NCBI GenBank assembly: GCA_964628685.1
Contig: CAZVNM010000005.1
Coordinates: 136,141 to 200,140, forward strand
Length of the DNA: 64,000 nt
Source: an uncultured Bifidobacteriaceae bacterium
Lineage (GTDB): Bacteria; Actinomycetota; Thermoleophilia; Miltoncostaeales; Miltoncostaeaceae
Direction of reading: 5' to 3'
The notes beneath the pieces are model-generated. The model was not told the origin of the DNA, searched no databases, and was given only the letters and a program-made list of their open reading frames with translations. Positions within the stretch are counted from its first letter, which is position 1; each line of letters begins with the position of its first letter. Below are positions 53,387 to 62,899 of the stretch, in pieces. Position numbers and translations under genes: made by a program.

Positions 53387-54412
53387 ATGAGTGAGGACAC
53401 CCCGCTCGACCTGGGTCTCGTCGGTGTCGACGCCCCCGACATCGCCCGCCTGGCACGCTTGGCCGACGAGGCGGGGTTCGGGCGTCTCTGGTCGGCCGAG
53501 CTCTACCGGTCGGCCACGGTGCCCCTGGCGCTCGCGGCCACCGTCACACGGGACATGGAGCTCGCCACCGGCATCGCCCTGGCCTTCACGCGAAGCCCGA
53601 TGGTGCTGGCGTTGGAGGCCCTCGACCTGGACGAGATCTCGGGCGGTCGCGCGGTCATCGGTCTGGGCGCCGGGGTGCGCCGCCTGAACCACCGCTGGCA
53701 CGCGGTCGACGCCTACGATCCGCCGATCGCCCGCATGCGCGAGACGGTGGCGGCCCTGCGCGAGCTGATCGACGCCATGGCCACGGGCCGCGACGCCCGC
53801 TCCCGCGGACGTCACGTGGACATCGACGTGGTGGGGTACCGGCGCCCGGTCGCGGCGGTCCGGCCCCGGATCCCGGTCTGGCTGGCGGCGGTCATGCCGG
53901 GCATGGCGCGTCTGGCGGGTGAGGTGGCGGACGGGTTCCTCGACCACCCGGTCACCTCGCCGGACTGGCTGGAGGAGCGCCTGCGACCGCAGCTTCGGCG
54001 CGGCGCCGAGCGGTCCGACCGTGAGCCGCCGCCGGTCTGCGGCGGTGTGATCGTGGCGGTCGACGACGCGGACCCCGAGCGTGCGCGGGTCGCCGCGGCC
54101 CTCAGCATCGGCTTCTACGCGACGGTCCGCACCTACCAGCAGCTCTTCGCGTCCCACGGCTTCGCGGCGCGGCTGGGCCCGATCCGCCGGGCCTTTCTGG
54201 CGGGCGACGCCGCCGCGCTGGCCGACGCCGTCGGCCGCGACATGGTCGACGCGTTCGCCGCCGCCGGCACGGCCGACGACGCCCGGGCCGCGGTCGCACG
54301 TCGTCGTCCCCACGTGGATCGCCTGTGGCTCGCGACCCCGCATCATGCGCAGACCCCGCAGGAGGCATCGGGCTGGCAGGAGGCGATCATCACGACGTTC
54401 GCCCGGCGGTGA
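53387..54412 (+). CDS. Luciferase-like monooxygenase (LLM class, probably F420-dependent oxidoreductase)
   Basis: FGRLWSAELYRSA...IGLGAG...GFLDHP pattern typical of LLM/F420 enzymes. ATG at 53387. The upstream part of the track ORF is junk. Confidence 0.75.
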   Translation: MSEDTPLDLGLVGVDAPDIARLARLADEAGFGRLWSAELYRSATVPLALAATVTRDMELATGIALAFTRSPMVLALEALDLDEISGGRAVIGLGAGVRRLNHRWHAVDAYDPPIARMRETVAALRELIDAMATGRDARSRGRHVDIDVVGYRRPVAAVRPRIPVWLAAVMPGMARLAGEVADGFLDHPVTSPDWLEERLRPQLRRGAERSDREPPPVCGGVIVAVDDADPERARVAAALSIGFYATVRTYQQLFASHGFAARLGPIRRAFLAGDAAALADAVGRDMVDAFAAAGTADDARAAVARRRPHVDRLWLATPHHAQTPQEASGWQEAIITTFARR

Positions 54413-56730
54413 GCGACCGGCTGCGCGACTACCGCGCGAAGCGGGACTTCGCGGCCACCCCCGAGCCGGCGGACACGGCGCCCGGTCCCGCGGGTGACGC
54501 CGACGGGCCGCGGTTCGTGGTCCAGCGTCACTCGGCGCGCGCCCTGCACTTCGACCTGCGGCTCGAGATCGACGGCACACTGGCGTCCTGGGCGGTTCCG
54601 AAGGGCATCCCGCTTCGCACCGGCGCGAAGCGGTTGGCGGTGCGCACCGAGGACCACCCGCTGACGTACCTCGACTTCCACGGGATCATCCCCGAGGGCC
54701 AGTACGGCGCCGGGCGGATGACCGTCTGGGACACCGGCCGGTACACCCCGATCCTCCTCGACGAACGCGAGATCAAGGTCCACCTGACCGGACGGGTGCT
54801 GGACGGCGAGTACCACCTGGTCCGCACGGGCGAGCGGGGCGGTCGCGAGGAGTGGCTGGTGTTCCGCTCCGCCAGGGGCGACGAGGGCCCGCCGGATCCG
54901 CGCGCGGCGTTCCGAGCGCTTCGCCCCATGCTCGCCCAACCGGTGGACGCGCCCTTCGACGACGACGGGTGGGCCTTCGAGATCAAGTGGGACGGCCATC
55001 GCTGTCTGGCCCTGGTCGATTCGGAGGGGACCGAGCTTCGCAGCCGCGGCGGGCACAACGTGACCGCCGACCATCCGGCCCTCGCCGACCTGCGCCGCTC
55101 CATCGACGCCCAGGAGGCGGTGCTCGACGGTGAGCTCGTGGTGCTGGACGAGCGGGGGCGGGCCGTCTTCCAGGACCTGCAGGCCGGCCGCGGCACGGTC
55201 ACCTACGTGGTCTTCGACCTCCTCTACGTCGACGGCGAGTGGATCGACGGGCTGCCCTGGGACGAACGGCGCGAGCGGTTGCGGCAGGTGCTGGGTGACC
55301 CGGTCGTGGCGCCCCTGCTGTTGTCGGACGACGTCGCGGCCGAGGGCCGGGCGCTCTTCGCGGCGGTCGCGGCCCAGGACGGGGAGGGGGTCGTGGCCAA
55401 ACGGCGCACGAGCCGGTACGCCGCGGGCGGCCGCTCACCCGACTGGCGCAAGGTCAAGGTGCGCCACGAGACCGAGGCCGGCGTCTGCGGGTTCATGCCG
55501 GGCGAGGGGTCGCGACGCGGCACCTTCGGCGCGCTCATCCTGTGCGAGGACGAGGGCGACGGACCCCGCTACGTCGGACGCGTGGGATCGGGCTTCACCG
55601 AGGCCGCCACCCGCGACCTGCGCGCCCGCCTCGATCGTCTGGTGATCACCGACGCCCCGCTCGACCCCGTCCCGGCGGAGCTTCGGGGCGCCACCTGGGT
55701 CCGCGCCGGGCTCACCTGCCGCGTCGCCTACGCCGACCGCACCGAGGAGGGCATCCTGCGCCACCCGGTGTTCCAGGGACTCGTGGAGCCCGACCGCGGC
55801 CCGGTGGCGCGGGTGCTCGACACCTCGGCGGGGGAGCTTCGCCTGCGCGACGGCGATCGCGAGGTGCGCCTCACCAACCTCGCAAAGCCCTTCTGGCCGT
55901 CGCTCGGCATCACCAAGGGCGACCTGCTGGACCACTACGCGCGCATGGCGCCCGTGCTCGTGCCCCACATCGCCGGTCGACCGATGGTGATGAAGCGCTA
56001 CCCCGACGGCTGGGACCACCAGTTCTTCTTCCAGCACGCCCTCCCCGACACCGCGCCGCCGTGGCTGGGGCGCGCACGCCTGGAGAAGGGCGACGACGCC
56101 ATCACCTACGGTGTGGTGGACGACCCGATGGGGCTTCTGTGGATGGTGAACCTCGGCTGCATCGACCTCAACCCGTGGCATGCGCGCGCGGCGACGCCGC
56201 ACCTCGCCGAGCACGTGCTCTTCGACCTCGACCCGCAGGAGGGCGTGCCGTTCGACACGGTGCGCGAGGTGGCCCTGGCGGTGCGCGACGAGCTGGCGGC
56301 CATCGGCCTGCGCTGCCATGCGAAGACGTCCGGGTCGCGGGGCATGCACGTGATCGTCCCGATCATCCCGGCGCCGCACGAGTCGACGCGTCTGTTCGCC
56401 AACCTCATCGCCCGCCGGCTGGTGACGGCGTCGCCCGCGACGGTGACCGTCGAGACCGCCATCGCCCGTCGCGGCAGGCGCGTGTACGTGGACGCCAACC
56501 AGAACGGCTACGGCAAGACGATCGCGAGCGTCTACTCGGTTCGGGCGGTGGCGACCGCGACGGTCTCGACGCCGGTCACCTGGGACGAGGTCGCCGAGGG
56601 CGTCGACCCGACCCGGCTCACGATGGAGGCGGTGGCCGAACGGGTGGGCACGATGGGTGACCTGTTCGCCGACGTGCTCGCCGGCGACCAGGACCTGGCC
56701 GCGGCCGTGGAGCGTCTCGGTGAGCGCTGA
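54409..56730 (+). CDS. ligD: Multidomain NHEJ DNA ligase LigD (phosphoesterase - ligase - polymerase order)
   Basis: PE domain FVVQRHSARALHFDLRLE. Ligase KxDG motif FEIKWDGHR. C-terminal primase-polymerase domain (RYPDG..., SGSRGMHV). GTG at 54409 overlaps the LLM stop (GTGA). Confidence 0.9.
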   Translation: MSDRLRDYRAKRDFAATPEPADTAPGPAGDADGPRFVVQRHSARALHFDLRLEIDGTLASWAVPKGIPLRTGAKRLAVRTEDHPLTYLDFHGIIPEGQYGAGRMTVWDTGRYTPILLDEREIKVHLTGRVLDGEYHLVRTGERGGREEWLVFRSARGDEGPPDPRAAFRALRPMLAQPVDAPFDDDGWAFEIKWDGHRCLALVDSEGTELRSRGGHNVTADHPALADLRRSIDAQEAVLDGELVVLDERGRAVFQDLQAGRGTVTYVVFDLLYVDGEWIDGLPWDERRERLRQVLGDPVVAPLLLSDDVAAEGRALFAAVAAQDGEGVVAKRRTSRYAAGGRSPDWRKVKVRHETEAGVCGFMPGEGSRRGTFGALILCEDEGDGPRYVGRVGSGFTEAATRDLRARLDRLVITDAPLDPVPAELRGATWVRAGLTCRVAYADRTEEGILRHPVFQGLVEPDRGPVARVLDTSAGELRLRDGDREVRLTNLAKPFWPSLGITKGDLLDHYARMAPVLVPHIAGRPMVMKRYPDGWDHQFFFQHALPDTAPPWLGRARLEKGDDAITYGVVDDPMGLLWMVNLGCIDLNPWHARAATPHLAEHVLFDLDPQEGVPFDTVREVALAVRDELAAIGLRCHAKTSGSRGMHVIVPIIPAPHESTRLFANLIARRLVTASPATVTVETAIARRGRRVYVDANQNGYGKTIASVYSVRAVATATVSTPVTWDEVAEGVDPTRLTMEAVAERVGTMGDLFADVLAGDQDLAAAVERLGER

Positions 56731-57256
56731 CCGCCCGACGACCGGACGCCGGCGCACGGCGACGATCGCCTGCCTGCTCGTGCTGTCGGCGGGGACGCTC
56801 GCCGCATGCGGCGACCCCGATCCCGAGGGGCCGGGCAGCGAGAGCGGTCAGTACGCCGGAATTCGCGACGGGTTGGGCGCGCTCATCGACTTCGGGGCGT
56901 CGGACCGTCGCACCAAACGCATCGCCGACGCCATGGAGGGGCGGTCCGAGACGGTGGCCGTCGTGTCGATCGTCAACCGCACCGACGAGCTGGTCGGCAT
57001 CCCCACCTTCACCGCGCACCGCGTGAACGGGCTCACCACCGTGCTCGCCCGCGCGGACCGCGATCCGCGACTGCGGGCCGCCGGCCTACCGGAGGCCGGC
57101 AGCTACGTCCCGGCCCGCGGGGCGCTCACCGTCTATCTGCTGCTGCCGGGATCCCCCGCCGACGTGACCGCCGTGGCCATGCGCAGCGGCCTCGAGCGGG
57201 AGGTGCGTCTGCAACCGCAGCGGGCCGACGGCGTCCAGCCGAGGCGCGAACGCTGA
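56720..57256 (+). CDS. Hypothetical lipoprotein
   Basis: GTG at 56720 (11-nt overlap with ligD). Lipobox LSAGTLAAC-GDPDPEG. No family recognised. Confidence 0.5.
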   Translation: MSADRPTTGRRRTATIACLLVLSAGTLAACGDPDPEGPGSESGQYAGIRDGLGALIDFGASDRRTKRIADAMEGRSETVAVVSIVNRTDELVGIPTFTAHRVNGLTTVLARADRDPRLRAAGLPEAGSYVPARGALTVYLLLPGSPADVTAVAMRSGLEREVRLQPQRADGVQPRRER

Positions 57257-57263
57257 GCGCGGC

Positions 57264-58256
57264 TCAGGCTGGCAGGCGCACGAGCCCCTGCGCGACGTAC
57301 CAGTCGAGCGTGCGGCGCAGGGTGTCCTCGAGCGGCGTGTAGACGAGCCCCAGCTCCCGTTGGGCGCGCGTGCCGTCGTAGGCGTGGCCGTGCAGGAGGG
57401 TGCGCATCATCTCGGGGCAGAGCGGCGCACGTTTGCGCCGCAGCCGGAAGGCGGTGCCGATCACCCGCGCCGTCGCCATCGCCATCGGCGGGGGCAGGAT
57501 CCGCGGTGAGCGGGTGATGCCGGCCACCCGACCCATCAGATCCACCGCCTCACGCACCGTGAGGGTCGCGCCCGACAGGATGTAGCGCTCACCGGCGACG
57601 CCCCGACGCTCGGCCAGCAGATGCCCCTCGGTGCAGTCGGCGATGTCGACCACGCTCATCCGCGAGTCGATCAGCGCCTTCAGGGTGCCGTTGAGGTATC
57701 CGATGAGGAGCTTCGCCGTCCCGCGCGTGCGCCCGGGCCCCTGCACCGACGCGGGGTTGACGCACACGAGCTCCACACCGGCCTCCTCCGCGGTGCGCAG
57801 GCCGATGATCTCGGCCTCCCACTTGGAGCGCTCGTAGTGCGAGAGGAACTCGTCGCGGTGCGGGGTGTCCTCGCGGCCGACGGCGCCGTGCGGCTCGCCG
57901 ATGGTCGCCGCCGAAGAGGTGTGGACGACGCGCCGCACCCCGGCGGCGCCGGCCGCCGCCACGAGGTTGCGGGTGCCGTCCACGTTCATGCGGTAGAGCA
58001 CCGACGGGTCGGGCAGACAGAACGCGTTGGCACCGGCCACGTGGTAGACGACCTCACACCCGTCCATCGCGCCCTCCAGGGAGGCGGGGTCGAGGATGTC
58101 GCCGCGCACCGGCTCGGCACCCGCGGCGCGCAGCGCGGCCTCGCCCTCGTGGCTGCGGGTGAGGGCGCGCACGGTGCGGCCCTCCTCGATCAGCCGGCGG
58201 AGGATCGCGCCGCCGACGAAACCGGTGGCCCCGGTGATGAACACGGTCTCAGCCAC
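57264..58256 (-). CDS. NAD-dependent epimerase/dehydratase (extended SDR, HpnA/dihydroflavonol-reductase-like)
   Basis: VFITGATGFVGGAILRRL Rossmann motif and YERSK catalytic motif. Confidence 0.8.
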   Translation of the reverse strand: MAETVFITGATGFVGGAILRRLIEEGRTVRALTRSHEGEAALRAAGAEPVRGDILDPASLEGAMDGCEVVYHVAGANAFCLPDPSVLYRMNVDGTRNLVAAAGAAGVRRVVHTSSAATIGEPHGAVGREDTPHRDEFLSHYERSKWEAEIIGLRTAEEAGVELVCVNPASVQGPGRTRGTAKLLIGYLNGTLKALIDSRMSVVDIADCTEGHLLAERRGVAGERYILSGATLTVREAVDLMGRVAGITRSPRILPPPMAMATARVIGTAFRLRRKRAPLCPEMMRTLLHGHAYDGTRAQRELGLVYTPLEDTLRRTLDWYVAQGLVRLPA

Positions 58257-58860
58257 GTGCGTCCTCCGATGGGCGACGGCGCCCCAGTTGGATCCTCGCC
58301 TCGGTTCCGGACAGGAGGCGGCCGATGTTGGCGCGGTGACGGTAGATCACGAGGGCCGCCATCGCACCCGCGAGCACCAGGTAGTGCCAGCTGTAGCCGA
58401 ACGCCCAGGCGAGCGGTGCGAACGCCAGCGACGCGACGATGGCCGCCAGCGAGGTGATGCGGAAGACCGCCACCACGAGGAGCCAAATCGGCACGATGAT
58501 GGCGGCCACCAGCGGGAAGAGCCCGATCATCACGCCGCCGCCGGCGGCCACGCCCTTGCCGCCCCGGAAGCGCATCCAGACCGGGAAGATGTTGCCCACC
58601 ATGACGGCGGCGCCGGCCAGGATGGGCCACGGGTCGTCCAATAGCCACCGGCCGATCAGGGCGCCCAGCACGCCCTTGCCGATGTCGAGCACCATCGTGA
58701 CGATGCCCCACCTGCGACCCAGCTCGCGAAACGCGTTGGCGGCGCCGATGTTGCCGCTGCCGACCCTCCGCAGGTCGATGCCCTGGGCGCGGCCGATCAG
58801 GTAGCCGAACGGGATCGATCCCAGCACGTACCCGGCCACGAGCGCGATGGCGAGGTTCAC
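58249..58860 (-). CDS. plsY: Glycerol-3-phosphate acyltransferase PlsY
   Basis: GYVLGSIPFGYL, GSGNIGAANAFR, FRGGKGVA motifs. GTG at 58860 overlaps the pgsA stop. Confidence 0.9.
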   Translation of the reverse strand: MNLAIALVAGYVLGSIPFGYLIGRAQGIDLRRVGSGNIGAANAFRELGRRWGIVTMVLDIGKGVLGALIGRWLLDDPWPILAGAAVMVGNIFPVWMRFRGGKGVAAGGGVMIGLFPLVAAIIVPIWLLVVAVFRITSLAAIVASLAFAPLAWAFGYSWHYLVLAGAMAALVIYRHRANIGRLLSGTEARIQLGRRRPSEDARG

Positions 58861-59438
58861 AGGCGGGTGAGGGCCTTCGCCCCGGTCGGCTTGCTGCCGA
58901 ACAGGCGCCTGCGCGCCATGATGAAGTAGTACGCGCCCGACAGGATCGTCAGGAAGATGGCGATGTAGAGGAGGATGTCCTCCACCAGCTTGGGTCCACC
59001 GGGCGCGATGATCCAGGCGAGGGCGACGCTCTGACTCGTCATCTTCCAACGACCGAGGTTGCTCGCCGGGATGATGAGGTCCTCGGCGGCGGCCACGAGG
59101 CGCAGGCCGGTCACGGCGAACTCACGCGAGATGATGATGATCGCCACCCACGCGGCCATCTCGCCGGTCTCGATGAGGGCCACCAGCGCGGCGCTCACGA
59201 GGAGTTTGTCGGCCAGGCTGTCCAGGAACGAGCCGAGCACCGTCACCTGGCCGAGGGAGCGGGCCATGCGGCCGTCCACCCAGTCGGTGAGGACCGCGCC
59301 CACGAACACGCCGAACGCCCACCAGCGACCGCCGGGGATCCGGTCGGGGTCGATGAGGATGAGCGCCATGAGACCCGGGATCGCGAAGACGCGAAGCCAC
59401 GTGACCGCAAGGGGCGCGTTGAGCAGCGGGCTGGACAC
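58857..59438 (-). CDS. pgsA: CDP-diacylglycerol--glycerol-3-phosphate 3-phosphatidyltransferase
   Basis: CDP-alcohol phosphatidyltransferase motif DWVDGRMARSLGQVTVLGSFLDSLADKLLV. Confidence 0.9.
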   Translation of the reverse strand: MSSPLLNAPLAVTWLRVFAIPGLMALILIDPDRIPGGRWWAFGVFVGAVLTDWVDGRMARSLGQVTVLGSFLDSLADKLLVSAALVALIETGEMAAWVAIIIISREFAVTGLRLVAAAEDLIIPASNLGRWKMTSQSVALAWIIAPGGPKLVEDILLYIAIFLTILSGAYYFIMARRRLFGSKPTGAKALTRL

Positions 59439-59828
59439 CGTGCGTGATGATACGCGCCGTCCCCGTGGGTTCCTGCGGCCGAGCGTCCCGGAACCGCATG
59501 GCGGTGCGGTTCAGGATCCGGGTGGTCCGACAGCGCCGTGGTTCACTACGCTCGACGAGGGTCAGGCTCACCCAAGGGGACCACCAACCGCGTCGAGCAC
59601 GCACCGGCACGGTTCGTGGGTGCTCGCAGTCATCCACATCGCGGCCGCGCACGCAGCCGACCCGCGGTCGACGTCAGGGGCGCGCAGAACCCATCAGCGA
59701 CGTCGCTCGGGGGCCTCAGCCGTGGGACCCAGAGCCTCGGTCGATCCGGATACCCGTCCGAGGTTGCAGCATTGCGCTCACGTTAAGGATGTGTATGGTC
59801 TTTGTGGACAACGGGTACCGGAGGCGGC

Positions 59829-61082
59829 ATGGGGCGCGTTCGTACGGTGCGGTGTGGATGGGTCGTCGCGGCGGGTGTCTCAGTGTTGGCGATTCCGCAT
59901 GTGGGCTCGGGCACGCCGGTGACTGAGCGGGTGTCGGTGTCGTCCGATGGCGGTGAGGTGTCGGACGGGTACAGCTACAACTGGACGAACCTGAACGGGG
60001 ATGGTCAGGTCGTCATGTTCGACGCCGCTCGACGAGCGTTCTTTCCGGGCGAGACGACGCGGTCGTTTCAGGATGTCATCGTCCGTGACCGGCGAGCGGG
60101 CACGACGGAGCGGATCAGTGTGTCGTCGACGGGCGTGCCGGGCGATCAGGAGAGCTGGGTGACAAGCCGGTCACAGGGTTTGAGCGCTGACGGCCGTTTC
60201 GCGGTGTTCATGTCGTGGGCTGAGAACCTGGTGCCTGGTGACACGAACGGGTACCCGGACGTGTTCGTCCGTGATCGGGTGGCGGGCACGACGATCCGGG
60301 TGAGCGTCAACAACGACGGCTCTCAGCGCGCGACCGGCGGCTACTGGGCTGCGATCAGCCCGAACGGTCGGTTCATCGCATTCGCTCCGTCGAGCTGGAA
60401 TGTGTCGCCGTCAAGCGGGGAAGGCGTGTTCGTGCGTGACCGGGTGGCCGGCACTACAAGACAGGCGATGGTGTCGGGGAATGTGCGGTATCTGTCTGTG
60501 AGTTCGGACGGTGGATTGGTTGCCTACAACCGGGAGGTCAACACCGCTGCCGGCACCCGAACCCGCAGTTCCGAGGTGATGAACATGGCCACTGGGACGG
60601 CTCAGCGCGTCGACCGTGGGGCCGACGGCAGCCCGGATCCGCAGGCCGCCTCCTATTGGCAGATGCCGGACATGGCCGCCAACGGCCGGTATGTGGCGTT
60701 CTCCGCTCGGTCGGATGGCCTGGTCGATGGGGACAACAATGGGTCGTTTGACGTGTTCGTGCGGGACCGGATCGCAGAGACCACCCAGCTGATCAGCCAA
60801 TCGATGAGCGGGACTGCGGCAGGTGGCGCGTCGGATGCGACGATCAGCGCGAACGGGCGATTCATCGCGTTCGACTCAACGTCGTCAGAGCTCGTTCCGT
60901 ACCCGGATGTCGGTGAGGTAGGCAAGCTGTCCTCACGGCGACCGTCAACCCGATCGGAAACCGCACGACCACCGGCTACGACCCCGAAGGCAACCCGATC
61001 ACCACTGTCACCGCGCGCGGGACGGCTGCCGCCGACCCGGCCATCGGGACGATCATCCGTACCTTCGACGCACGCGGTCTGA
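59829..61082 (+). CDS. Secreted PD40/TolB-like beta-propeller repeat protein, truncated mid-repeat near 60900 and ending in an out-of-frame tail
   Basis: Signal peptide. Six copies of S(A/P)(D/N)GRF(I/V)AF...LVPGDTNG..DVFVRDR..GTT. The sixth copy stops after SSELVP. The remaining ~55 codons (SSRRPSTRSETARPP...) are an Arg/Pro-rich out-of-frame reading of RHS repeats. Confidence 0.6.
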   Translation: MGRVRTVRCGWVVAAGVSVLAIPHVGSGTPVTERVSVSSDGGEVSDGYSYNWTNLNGDGQVVMFDAARRAFFPGETTRSFQDVIVRDRRAGTTERISVSSTGVPGDQESWVTSRSQGLSADGRFAVFMSWAENLVPGDTNGYPDVFVRDRVAGTTIRVSVNNDGSQRATGGYWAAISPNGRFIAFAPSSWNVSPSSGEGVFVRDRVAGTTRQAMVSGNVRYLSVSSDGGLVAYNREVNTAAGTRTRSSEVMNMATGTAQRVDRGADGSPDPQAASYWQMPDMAANGRYVAFSARSDGLVDGDNNGSFDVFVRDRIAETTQLISQSMSGTAAGGASDATISANGRFIAFDSTSSELVPYPDVGEVGKLSSRRPSTRSETARPPATTPKATRSPLSPRAGRLPPTRPSGRSSVPSTHAV

Positions 61083-62899
61083 CGACAGCTGTCGCCTACG
61101 GAGACGCAACCCCGGACGTCACCTACGGGTACGACACCGTCGGACGACTCACCTCGATACACGACGACGCCGGCACCGAGGCGTACATCCTCGACGCTGT
61201 CGGACGCGTGACCCGTATCACCCGCAACGGCACCATGGTTTTCACCTACACGTACAACGCCGATGGAGAAATCACCCGCCGCACCTACCCCGACAACACC
61301 AGCCACACCGCCACCTTCAACACCGACGGCAGAATCGCCAGTCTCACCAGCGCCGGGCACACCACGACCTTCACCTATGACGCCGCCGGCAATCTCACCA
61401 CGACCAGTCTCCCGAATGGCACCACCGAAGTCCGCACCACCGACCCCGCCGGTCGAACCAGCAGCGTCGAAAGCACCAACGGCGGCGCCACCGTCGTGAG
61501 AGTTGACCAGCAGCTCGATCCCGTCGGAAACCCGACAACCGTTACCACCACCCGCGGAACCACCCAGACAACCGACACCTACACGTACGATCCAGCTGAC
61601 CGACTCGTCGGCAACTGCATCGACACCACCGCCCCCTGCACCCCGGCTGCGGCGAAGCGCATCACCTATACCTACGACCCCGTCGGAAACCGCCTCACCC
61701 AGGATCGGGTCGGCACCGCCACCACACCGGGAACGACCAACTACACCTATAACCCAGCCGACCAACTGACGGAAACCACCGGACCCGACGGTACCACCAG
61801 CTACACGTACGACCCCGACGGCAACCAAACAACCGCTGGCACCACCAACTATACCTACGACCTCAACAACAAACTCACCCAGGCAACAATCGGAACCACA
61901 ACCACCAGCTACACGTACGACGGGGAAGGGAAGCGGGTCACCCGCGCCACCAACGGCACACTTGACACCCGTTACCACTGGGACCCCACCGGCCCCCTCC
62001 CAGAACTCGCCCTCGAACGAACCGGTACGAACACCCTCATCAGCCGATACGTCCAGGGCCCCACCGGCCCCATCAGCACCACGACGGGTGCGGGGACGTT
62101 CTTCTACCATCGCGACGCCATCGGGAGCATCCGCGCCGTCACGAACGCCTCCGGCGCCGACCAATGGCACTACGACTACGACCCGTACGGAGAAGAGCGC
62201 GCAACGGTCAAAGTCGCCAGCACTGCTCCCGCCAACTTGGTTCAGTATGCCGGTGAGGCCATCGACACCGAAACCGGCCTCTATCACCTCCGCGCACGCC
62301 AGTACAATCCGCGGAACGGCAAGTTCCTGTCAGTGGATCCAGACGTCCTCCGTCCTTCGCGACCAACGTTCAGCACATATATTTACGCGGATGGTGCACC
62401 GACCACTATGGTTGATCCCACTGGCTACCGAGGGGTCCCCGTTGCCCCGGGATACTCACTGACATCCCCATGCTGTACAGCCTGGAACCTTGATGGACGC
62501 TTTGACCTCACGTTTCGTATTCGATTCGTGCTCCAGCGGACAGTCACGAACCGATCCCCTATGTACGGTGCGTATTGGGTACGCCTATCGTCATGGCATT
62601 ACAACGGCCATATTGCATTGGTTGGAAACGGCGCCAGCGGGAAGTCAGGGGCAGGCGCGCGCTGGCACATTATGCAACTCGCCAACAGAAGCTCTGAAAC
62701 GTTTGGCCACCAGTACGTGCGACCCGTGGGACGAAGGGGTCAGCTCTTCAGACTCGAGGTTCAGTTGCAGCCGGAGGCATATTATGCCTTCGGGAAGCCG
62801 AGATACAAGTTCGCCGGCCGGGTAGGTGTGTATACACATGCGGACTCTGGCGCACGTCTGATAGGTATCGAGAAGCCGGATCAGCAGGGACGGCCATGA
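60917..62899 (+). CDS. RHS/YD-repeat core fragment with C-terminal polymorphic toxin tip; no start codon of its own before 61208
   Basis: The frame opens at 60917 after an in-frame TGA. YD repeats throughout (GYDPEGNPIT, YTYNADGEIT, FTYDAAGNLT, YTYDPVGNRL, YTYDGEGKRV). RHS core end YHLRARQYNPRNGKFLSVDP...MVDPTGY, then a ~155-aa unrecognised domain. Confidence 0.75.
   Translation, partial: GRQAVLTATVNPIGNRTTTGYDPEGNPITTVTARGTAAADPAIGTIIRTFDARGLTTAVAYGDATPDVTYGYDTVGRLTSIHDDAGTEAYILDAVGRVTRITRNGTMVFTYTYNADGEITRRTYPDNTSHTATFNTDGRIASLTSAGHTTTFTYDAAGNLTTTSLPNGTTEVRTTDPAGRTSSVESTNGGATVVRVDQQLDPVGNPTTVTTTRGTTQTTDTYTYDPADRLVGNCIDTTAPCTPAAAKRITYTYDPVGNRLTQDRVGTATTPGTTNYTYNPADQLTETTGPDGTTSYTYDPDGNQTTAGTTNYTYDLNNKLTQATIGTTTTSYTYDGEGKRVTRATNGTLDTRYHWDPTGPLPELALERTGTNTLISRYVQGPTGPISTTTGAGTFFYHRDAIGSIRAVTNASGADQWHYDYDPYGEERATVKVASTAPANLVQYAGEAIDTETGLYHLRARQYNPRNGKFLSVDPDVLRPSRPTFSTYIYADGAPTTMVDPTGYRGVPVAPGYSLTSPCCTAWNLDGRFDLTFRIRFVLQRTVTNRSPMYGAYWVRLSSWHYNGHIALVGNGASGKSGAGARWHIMQLANRSSETFGHQYVRPVGRRGQLFRLEVQLQPEAYYAFGKPRYKFAGRVGVYTHADSGARLIGIEKPDQQGRP

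Noticed and set aside
54409-57300. A ku gene adjacent to ligD
   Set aside because: The neighbouring ORFs are an LLM oxidoreductase, a lipoprotein and an SDR epimerase. None has Ku-like sequence.
60890-60930. Programmed ribosomal frameshift joining the PD40 and RHS frames
   Set aside because: There is no slippery heptamer, homopolymer run or downstream pseudoknot-like structure at the junction. The PD40 repeat is cut mid-unit, which points to a recombination or deletion scar or a sequencing indel.
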